From Tubulanus polymorphus (lineage: Eukaryota > Animalia > Nemertea), in contig NC_134026.1 of the NCBI RefSeq assembly GCF_964204645.1, positions 2,565,950 through 2,629,949 of the forward strand: 64,000 bases of DNA, read 5' to 3'. The notes beneath the pieces are model-generated. The model saw only the letters and a list, made by a program, of their open reading frames with translations. It did not search any database and was not told the DNA's origin. The stretch's first letter is position 1. Each line of letters begins with the position of its first letter. The position numbers and the translations under genes are program-made. Shown here in pieces: positions 54,330 to 64,000 of the stretch.

Positions 54330-57300
54330 CCTGGTCCGACGTTTTCCGGTTGGGCCAAATCTGGAAACGGGCAAAATACGGCCCATTTCGCACCCGGTGG
54401 CCTGGGCCTTGTGTGATCGTGGCTTATATTTTCTTTGGGGTTAATTTTGTGCCTGGTCTATTAACCCAAACAACCAAAATGATAAAATTGATTGTCTAAT
54501 TGATTGGTACAGAAAGTCTGAGGGCGTCTTGTTTCATATTGCTGTAACATTCGTAAGAGCTGAGTCTGTATGTCCTACAGGTATAGCTACATGTGTGTAA
54601 TTGTTATATAAATATAGCTGTAACTGTTCTCTTTGATGGCTGATTGCTTTTATGACTTGTTTCAGTTATTCTCCTGGAAGGTACTCAATGTGCAATGTAC
54701 CAGAAAATACTGACATTCCCTCTTGTCTTATACCGTCGATACTCTTATCGATAAGACGCGCTCGCCAATCAACTATTAATGGTCTCTATTTTGATAGAAA
54801 TCTGTTTTGTGAAATAAGAATTTGTGATAACTGCTTTCACGAGACACTGTTTTTGCTCTAAGTCTTCTAAAACCTGTCATGCTTGTGGAATCATGGCTAG
54901 ACTAAGATTGAAGCCCGATTCTAGTTAAGGAATAGCAGCCCTCTACCAGTCGCCATCAGGTTTACAGATTATGCTCTCCACAATAGGTAGAGCGTTTCTG
55001 ATCGAAATGACCGCACCAGAAGAGACCAATCAAGTCTAGTTTGCCCAGAACAACTCGATGTTTTTAGAATATTTTCACTCAAAATATGATTCAGTGGTAA
55101 AAACTTATAAACAGTGAAAAGTTGCTATATCTTCAACTCTCCAAAACTATTCAATCTGTTTACACGAAAAAGATATTCCCTGATTGCATTTGTGAAACCT
55201 GAGTAAACGTGTGGCACTTTCTGTGAACTGAATTAATCATCGAGTCATGTCTGTCATTAAAATTGCGCCGAGCTCGCAATTTCCTGTCTTTCGCTCAAAA
55301 CTTTTACATGTTTGCGTTAATTATTGCCGAGTTTTCTATTTTCGACCGCGAAAAGATGAATCGCGCGCGTCTTCGGATTGAGACTGTAATGTGCGTTGTG
55401 TAATTTGTTTGCGCAATTGATTTTTTGCATCTCATTTATTTCAGCTTTTCCTATATAAATTAAGGCTAAGGGCTCTGGAATTGACGCAGAAAATCAGTCA
55501 AAAATAGGCAGTTCATGACCGGGAATTTTTGTCTTTAAAAACAGCTGTGCAAATCATGATATATATACATACTCTGATTACATTTCATTGAACTTGAGGG
55601 TTTATCGGTCTCATAGGTCGATCTTTCGCTGTCTTTTAGTCGTGATAGATGGTACTTATTTTCCTGTGAAGTACTGTATTTGACATGAATTGGCGCTCTT
55701 CAATTTCGCATTGCAATTAACTTCTATGACCCTGGGACATTGAACAGAATTCAATGGGACATCACATTTCCGGCATATGTCAATTGTTTTTGAATTTAGG
55801 AGAGAGTCGATTTCTTTTTTCCTCAATCTGCTAAGTTTTGAACGAGTTTGGTGTAGAATAAAGTAGAACAGCGATCACGCAGAGATGATTGGCCAAATTG
55901 GTAGCATCAGGTCGTGCTAAAATGTGGTTCTGGCTTGGTCTGATTTTTTGGTCAGTCTAAACAGGCATTTGGCACTGATGTGAACGGTTGTTCCAGCCCA
56001 ACATAGATTTAGGGTTAGGGAGAGTTTATGCTTTATAATAGGATAGGTAAGGGTTACGTTATATAGTAGATGAGTTAGGAGCTGACATTTTGCCTGATTG
56101 TCTCAAGTGGTTAGAACATTATTACTCTCCATGGAAAAAAGTCATCTTTGGAACAATGACGACTGGTTGAGAGGTTGTTGAAACTTACGACAATTCGGTA
56201 TATTTCGCATGAGGTCTACTCGTGATTAAAGTTGTCAAATTGTGACTCATTATCGTAGCAGGACTCGATACTAAACCTCGTAAGCTGATTTACGTTTCAG
56301 ATATTTTATGCGTTACTTATTAATATTCGTACTAATAGCGTGGATTATTGATCGATCTCGAGGCCGTGTGGAGCAACGAGATTTTAATAAGCTTCGGTTT
56401 GACTGACGTTATGATGGATTACGGCGTAGTCCCCTCAGTGGAAGCGATGGTGTGAGTGCGTGTCTGTCGTCGGTCCTGTCCGAGTATAACCCGCCCGCGC
56501 GACAAGTCTTTGCGGCATAAAAAAACGGGTGATTGATCATCGCCGAAATTGACCGCAGCTTATTCCAGCTCAAATATCAAATATGTTTACTAATCGATAT
56601 TGTATATGTCTACGTTAGAGGTAATCATCGGCATGAAGGGCCCACTAGCTTATGACGGAAAATTTCAATATAATCTAGCAGTAATTATATAAAAATCGAG
56701 GTCTGCGTTCACTCCGATGATTAATGTCCAATGTGTGATTATCTGCCGGTGTGCATACTGCCCGTAAGTGTTGATATTGTCCACGAGTTCATTCTATGCG
56801 GCCTTTGTCATCACGCGTATCATCAGCAATAGCAACATTTTATCATATTTTTCATCACTCTCTTTTTATCATCCGCTAACTACTGGTTGTAGTTGATAAA
56901 AAGATTTTTTTAAAGACGTTTGACCATCGATAATGAACAGAACTTGCGAAGCCCTGTACATCATCTCCCTTACATCCTTAGGACTTTTCTCTAATATAAA
57001 TGCTTGGCCGTAGTTAATTGAAAAGGACTAAATTTAGAACATTCTAAATAAGAATTGACGGAAAAATCAGGGTTTGGGATGAGTCACTATATATGATACG
57101 TGTACACTCTATGATTATAGTGTCCCTAGTTTTTGCAGATGAGAATTTTAGTTTTTCGAGGATTCAACAATGATCATTGTTCGACGATGTGGTCATCACC
57201 GTACAGCATCCTCGAGAGGATTCACTTGAAGAGTATCAGTTTATCGAATTTTATCGGAAAATTCTCGTATAATTAAACATCGTCGGTGAAGTAGCTTAAA

Positions 57301-60300
57301 ATATACCCGAGTGACTCGCGAGAAGTAAAACTTTCTTAAGCTTCTTATTGAAAGACAATAATCCGTTGTTGTTGCAGTTCATACAGTGAATGCCTCTATT
57401 ATTATTACTAAGAATAAGTACACAACGGCGCTCATAAAATTCCATTTATTACCTCCTGCAGAGGCTGGTTATGTTTTTATAGGCGTTCGTAGTGTTGTTT
57501 TGTGATGAAAATGATTTTGGTGAATTTTCTTTTCAGAGGACTATTTCCAACCAGATCGAGTGGAAATTGCTTTGTTAGATGTTAGCACTTTTCAAGTTCT
57601 TTCATTAATCAAATGAGGCAAATACATAGAAGCAATAACAGCTACATAACAGCCCCTCTTCAGGCCAAGTGCAAGTGATTAAATTAGATAGGCCTATACT
57701 GGTATTTATATAAAATATGAATATTGTTAATCACAAACTGTATTGAATTATTATGTGGCTGATATTGTATAATTTGATATAGTTCATTATAAGCATTATT
57801 CATACTTTATATATACTCCGGTCTAATTTTCAACCCAGACTCTGTGCTCCTAGCTAAAAATCTGCGTATTTCAAACCCTGACATAATTTTGTCTTGAATT
57901 GACGCGGACTAAACTTTTTCGTTCATTTAATCAGGTTTTTGCGCAGGTTTCAAAGGGTAAACAGGATTCATTTCGATTAAATGTTTTCACGGCGTATTCA
58001 GTTGGTATCAACTGCTGCTATCTTACAATGATGAGAGGCCGTATTCTAAATAGTTCTCCACAGCATTCTCCGGGGTGAACATTGGTCTTTTTATTGGAGC
58101 CGTTGACATTGATGTGTTTGCACGATTTACAGGTATCAGCAGGTCAGATCAGAAATGAACGTAAAGAAATAATCGATATGGTCAGACGTTTTTATGTATT
58201 TTGTCTTCGTCGTGGGAGCTGTTTGCTGCAACTCTGCAGCTATGTGATAAGTGCGTCGTCGGAAAGTATGTATAACTAACCTACGAATTATAGTTGACAG
58301 ATTAACACCACCTGGTCAGATATAGCTGCGATAAGGATTTGACCCGGGTTTGACTGGCCCGGAACCAGACTTGAATCATATTTGGCCTGTGCTTAATTAG
58401 AGAGTGCATTCACACATATATTACTCAAAAAATTACTAAACGCTTTCAAAACGATCGTCCCAAACCATTCCACAGAACAATTTGACCCTAAAATTTGCTA
58501 ATCTGATGATTACTCCAAGGCCTCCATGGATAGGCTGGCTTACGTCAAACAGCACATGCCCATTTGGCACCAATGTGAAAGAGCCTCATCTGGTATGGGC
58601 CAAATTTGGCCCCCCCGGTTCAAAAACACTTTTATGATTGCAAGGTATTCATCAGAATCAGAACTTATTCACTGGAACTGTAGACCTGGGTCCAGAATCC
58701 ATAAACAGTGACATTTGCAGTTTTCGTCTGATAAATGAAATAGAATTTTCCATCATCTCGCGACTGCTTGTTTCGAAACTAATTTCTGAAAGCAAAGTCG
58801 GTGAAGTTTCATATATTGCTAAAGGGTAGTTTCAGATTATACGCTAATCCACGGCGTATAACGTGAATTATTATAGAAATGCCGCGGGATGGTTTTACTT
58901 TCGGCTAATCTTTACCTAGGTGAATAATAACTCCAATCACAAACCTATTACAAGTATCTATATCAAATATTATATTCCAATGATAAAACCTCTTTTATCT
59001 TATATTATTTCTATGTCATCTAATCCTGATGATCGGAAGAATCGTAACAATGTTTTGAAAAGCTACACCGATTATCACTAGTGCGATCGCTTTGACGATG
59101 ATACGTTTTAATTATCGGGAACTAATTAAATGGCCGAGAGAGAACCAATTAAACAAAGAGTGTAATTACTTGAATCATCGAGACAGCTTCTTGTACAATA
59201 AAGAGTAAAGTATCATTGATAAAATCGAATAGAGAAAAGCTTCAGCCATTTAAGTGCTAACATGATAGAATTGAAGTTTCTTAAACTGCATTTTCATAAA
59301 ATCATTTTCTAAATCCTCTCAACACCTTGAGCACCACCTATAGTTTTTAGTTTTACTACATAAGATAGGCTGGCTTAGTCTCCTGGCTGCTGCCTTCCTA
59401 TTGAAGTTGCCCTTTTTGTGCAGACAGAGATCATCACAACCTGTAAATTTGAAACTCAGAAATTGTATCTAGTTTAACTTGCGTACGGCCTTCAGCGTAT
59501 CTGTTTTATCTGTCTTTTCATTTTCTTTTTGGTCCCCCGCCTTCCGATCTTCTTAGAACCACCCTTGCAAGACATTAGTCTATTAGCAGGTTTAAGGTTT
59601 CTTTCCTATTGGAAGAGGCGTTGCACTAGAAACTCAGCTGCCACCAACATTTGTAAAGTTTATCATTTCTATCGAATTTTACTTGAAATAAACGCGGCGC
59701 TGCTCAGAAGTCGTTGTCATAAACACTGACGCGATAAGACTTTATCGCTTACCTGATGATTCATGGTTGGTAAAAATCGACGAAGAAACCAACGCGGACA
59801 CGCCGAGATTCACCACGGTACATGACTCCGCATAATCCGCAGATTCAATTTACAAATTGAGCTCGCGCGGTGTAAAACCACGATACATCTCGCGCCCGCC
59901 CGCCCGCGCGTGCCTCCCTCCCCTCAGGAGATGCAACAGACTTTCATTTCCCTGCGTTACCGATGATAATAACTATCTCCACAGATAATTTTCCTGCTGC
60001 CGTGTTATAAACAATATTTTTGTCATTATTTTATCAAGTTTGCCGATCATCAGTGGAAATACGGGTGGGTGGTCTAATATGATCCGTTGTTGTTTTTTTG
60101 CGAAACTTCTCGTGGTTTAAGACCGACAGTTTCTTGGTCGGAATTTGCAAACGGTAATGATAAGTGCTATGTAGTAGATTGCAGTGCGTGCTCTGATATT
60201 GTCACTAATCCGTCGGGTCAGAATGATCGAATTGATCGAAGACATTACCGACAATTGACGTTTCTAATCCTGCAAAAAATAAACATGACTGACAGGACTT

Positions 60301-62882
60301 AGCTCGCCTGGGCTTTTTTCCGTTTATGCAATTTACAGTATTGGAATTAGATTACGCTATTCTACTCTTCTTTGTTCCGGTTGAGGGGAAAAGTTTGCCG
60401 TCAGAATTTTTTTCGCCCGAGATGATGCGAAAAGAAGTTGAGCGCATCTTTTTTTTTTTACTTTAAAAAATGGAGGTGGCCTAGTTTCGTGAAACGATGA
60501 TAAGGGGGTAGGTCTAAGATTTATGTTACTTTTTTCTGGTGTGGTTTACTATTCGCTCACGAGAGACCAAGACAAAAAAAAATGTTGTTGAGAGTTTCTC
60601 GTGTGATTCGGCAATATCAATCTGGTTTGTATCGTTCTGTCATTGGCTATTTAGTTGTAGACGTTGCTCGGCACGCTGCTGGTGGTGGTGCTGGTAGCTG
60701 CTCGGTGTAATCAATGACACAACAGCAGTCACTCGTTCAGTTCACTGTGTAGTCTCTCGCTCGCGGTGTATGCGTGTCTACAACTCATCTCTCTCCCGAC
60801 GACGACTCCTCCGTAGTTTACTCTAAGTGGAAATCATCGCCGGATTTTTTCTGGCTTCAGACGATTGGATTACGACGATTAGATTACGATCATTCGTGTT
60901 CTCGCTGTATGGTTATTTCAGGTATGTCAGCAAATGACCAAGTCAAAAAATTGTTTTCTTTCCATTTCTTTCTGTTAGGCTAAAATAAAATAATACCTTG
61001 TTTCTCTTGATTATCCTTATAATTGTAAACTAAATCTGCAATGATTTTTGTAATCAGTTCATTTCTAAAACTGCCTGTTCCGTCGATTTGATCATGATTT
61101 TGTAAAAGTAATGTACAGGGTAGATAGGCGGCCGGCTGGGTCAACTTTTAGCCACAGCAGTAAGGAGAAACGGGGTATAAATTTGTTTAGCCTTATACAT
61201 GTCCCGAAAATTTTTCTTCAGAAATATTGAGCATGATTTCTGCAGTATGAGTAGCGTACAAGATTTTTTACAGAGCACAAATGTATAGTAAATATGTTTA
61301 TAAGCTGTTTGAGTTTTTGTTGTGTCTATCTTGTCTATTGTTTCTAACGGTCGACAGATGTGTGTTGCCATTTTTTCCCTTCAGCGATACTCAGCACAAT
61401 AATATCTTATCTACGGATATAAAATCTGCAGGAGAAACGTTTGAATGCGATGTATTTTTAGTCTACAGATGATGATAACTGCATGAAATATTTACATTTC
61501 TACTGAATGAAATTTAGTTTTCTATCGACATGTCATGAATTCCGGTTCTAATATAAGATTTGAATCGTCGTTGTTTTCAAACTGCTAGATTCAGTATATA
61601 TACCCGATACTTGATGCTGAAGAGGAAAATGAGAAGAAATTGAAAAAATGAGCTGAAATCTGATTGTTTGATATCTTGTTGTCATGTTCGATATGAACGT
61701 CGTCTAAGCTTTGAATATTTCATTAGAATTCTATATGCTTAATTTTTGAATTCAGTAAATTTCTTGTTTTGTTCAATGATGAATAATCTCAAGTCTAGGA
61801 ATGTATATTGTACCCCATATGGTCGTTTTTCTTATACGGTCTCTTCTTCAAAGGCTTCATACACGCTTTGAATTTGAATACATTTTTTTCGAACTATACA
61901 GAAAACCGTACTGAAAAGCCGGTCGTACATGTAATATGAAAGATCTAATGTACATGTTATTGTGAACAGGGATATGTATTTATTACTGTGAATAGTTGCT
62001 GGTAATTATTCACTGAAAATCATAACTATATCTTAATTACTAGCCTGCAGGTCTGCGTGGCTTGTGAACCATATATCAGGTTTTTTAAAATGTCAGACAT
62101 ATTCTAGTTAGGATCTCTCTTGAGTGAGGATTATCACATGCCCTATGCATGAATTGATATTTGTTTTGACTTGCGCATATATTTGCGAATAGTTTCTCAA
62201 TAAATAGGACACTTCACCAGTATCTTTGGTGGCTGATAAATGATTTCTTAACCGAACAGGGCAGAAGATTAGAAGGTTATCGTGTAATTACTATTTGCAT
62301 TATTATATGTAAAGGATTTTATGGTAGATTTAATTAGATACCGCGCTCTTCTTGGTTTTATTTGCTCTGATCTAAGAGCTATAGTAATAAATATTTGTCT
62401 GATAAGATATCTTTATATAAATCAGAATGTGCTCTTTGTAAATGCCATATGTCACATTCACGGGAGATTAACAGAGGTCCATGTGAAATTTGTGACCAGT
62501 TCAATAGTTAATTAGGTGCACCGTTTTTGCATTTCCAATAAATGACCACTCGACCTATTTCTAATCGGGGAGAGTTTTCACCGAGTATTTCAAATTTCTA
62601 CCTAGAAACACGAATTACAAGCGCGGAATGAGAGAAACCTAATGAAGCAATGCTTTTAGCAATTACCAGTGAAATTTCTAATTGACTCTTTAAATAATGT
62701 AAGTATCAAATTTCCGTTTTTCCATTACCCGGCAGTAAGTGAAATTGAGAACAGAAAATGTTTTGGGGGGTTTAAAAATTCTAAAAGGAAATTGATCGGT
62801 GGTAATTCTTGCTGACTCTAGTGGTGTTAGGGGCATTTTAGTTGTGAAACCGGCAAAATTTGCGCAAATATAGAAGATAGAT

Positions 62883-63310
62883 CACGATTGGTAGAACACT
62901 ATATCCGTGTTGACGCGATGAGGAGAGAATCCCACAATGATAATAAAAAGTCCGAAAATGAAACTTCGAGATAGTAGTTTATTTCAACGTTTATTTCCTT
63001 TTTACTACTGACTTTAAGTTTCATTTATATTTATACTCACTATTGTTGTTTATAATCACCCCTTAGTTTGCTTCCCTTTAATCTATTTTAGCGTGTAACT
63101 GTTTCTACGTTAATTTTCCTTTAGTTTGTATCATCTCTGATTACTTGAATTAGTCTCTTTGTCTCTGGATTGTATATATATCTCATAATTTCTGTAGTAT
63201 CTCATTATGCCTGAAGATGACTATTAGGATATAGTCGAAACGTTGAAATAAACTACTATCTCGAAGTTTCATTTTCGGACTTTTTATTATCATTGTGGGA
63301 TTCTCTCCTC
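62883..63310 (+). mobile_element. Penelope-like inverted terminal-repeat insertion, young
   Basis: 13-bp TSD ATAGAAGATAGAT (62870-62882, 63311-63323); perfect 75-bp inverted repeat 62918-62992 / 63238-63312; contains a hammerhead motif. Confidence 0.8.
63203..63252 (+). ncRNA. Minimal type I hammerhead ribozyme motif (Penelope-associated)
   Basis: CTGAAGA (63211-63217), T, stem II GACTAT/ATAGTC, GAAA (63237-63240), palindromic ACGT stem III, T at the H17 position (63244). Stem I is imperfect. Confidence 0.6.
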
Positions 63311-64000
63311 ATAGAAGATAGATGATGGTTGCTTGTTTGTGACCCAATTAGCATACACAGAGTCTGTTGTTTGGCTGCATAATCTTAATTGTGTTTGAAT
63401 AACTGTTTGTAGTTTAGATTAGTTTGTTTTGCGTGACTAACCCATGGAAAAATTCAATTAACACAAAGCCTAAAAGAAGGTCGGCCTACACCACGGGGCA
63501 TTGTCGGCGTTGTCGCGTTTGACACTGATGTTATAGGATGCCAATAATCTTCAAAACACCTTAAGCCGTCCTCTGGGGTTCAACTATATTTTTGTCCTTC
63601 GGTGTGTGAGGTTGGAAGCATCTCGTCGAGTTCGTACCGAAGGTAAGAAGTTGATCGTAAAGTGTACGAGGATATGTATTAAGAGTATTCTCTGGTACTC
63701 GAGGATGTATATGAGTATTCTCTGGTACCGTTCCATTTTGATGTAGTTTATAAAGTAATAGTTTATTTACCGTTTTGAATTTCAACAATTATACGGCAGT
63801 AATACAACCGCAAAAATCTACGCAATTCTTAATTTAACGATTCTTTAAACGCTGAATTTAATTTTTCTTTGATGTCTTTGATCGTGGGTGTTTAATCTAT
63901 AGATAAGAGGAGATAGCGAAGATGCTGTGATCAATGATGGAATATTCATACAAACTGAATACCGGTACTGTACATATATATACACATGGTCATTTCTCAT

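Overview
AT-rich animal genomic DNA with spliceosomal introns, probably from an invertebrate. Four complete protein-coding genes can be built by hand with consistent GT-AG exon phases: a two-exon DM/DMA-domain Dmrt93B/dmd-4-type transcription factor (-, 5148..10932); Polycomb Asx/ASXL (-, 20836..26069); a CCDC178-like coiled-coil gene head-to-head with Asx (+, 27308..32760); and a 26/29-kDa-proteinase-type cathepsin (-, 34070..37848). A tRNA-Asn(GTT) lies at 18691..18764. The last 26 kb has no convincing CDS and looks like the 5' UTR exons and long introns of a + strand gene running out of the window; it is rich in MITEs, microsatellites and Penelope-like remnants. Most notable: several Penelope-type terminal repeats carrying minimal hammerhead-ribozyme motifs (two TSD-flanked inverted-repeat insertions, and one copy whose catalytic core appears micro-inverted), a candidate poison cassette inside the Asx DEUBAD region, and a mirror-symmetric bidirectional promoter with YY1-type uORFs. 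I found no clearly new biological system; these are candidates for checking. Everything was read by eye with no searches run.
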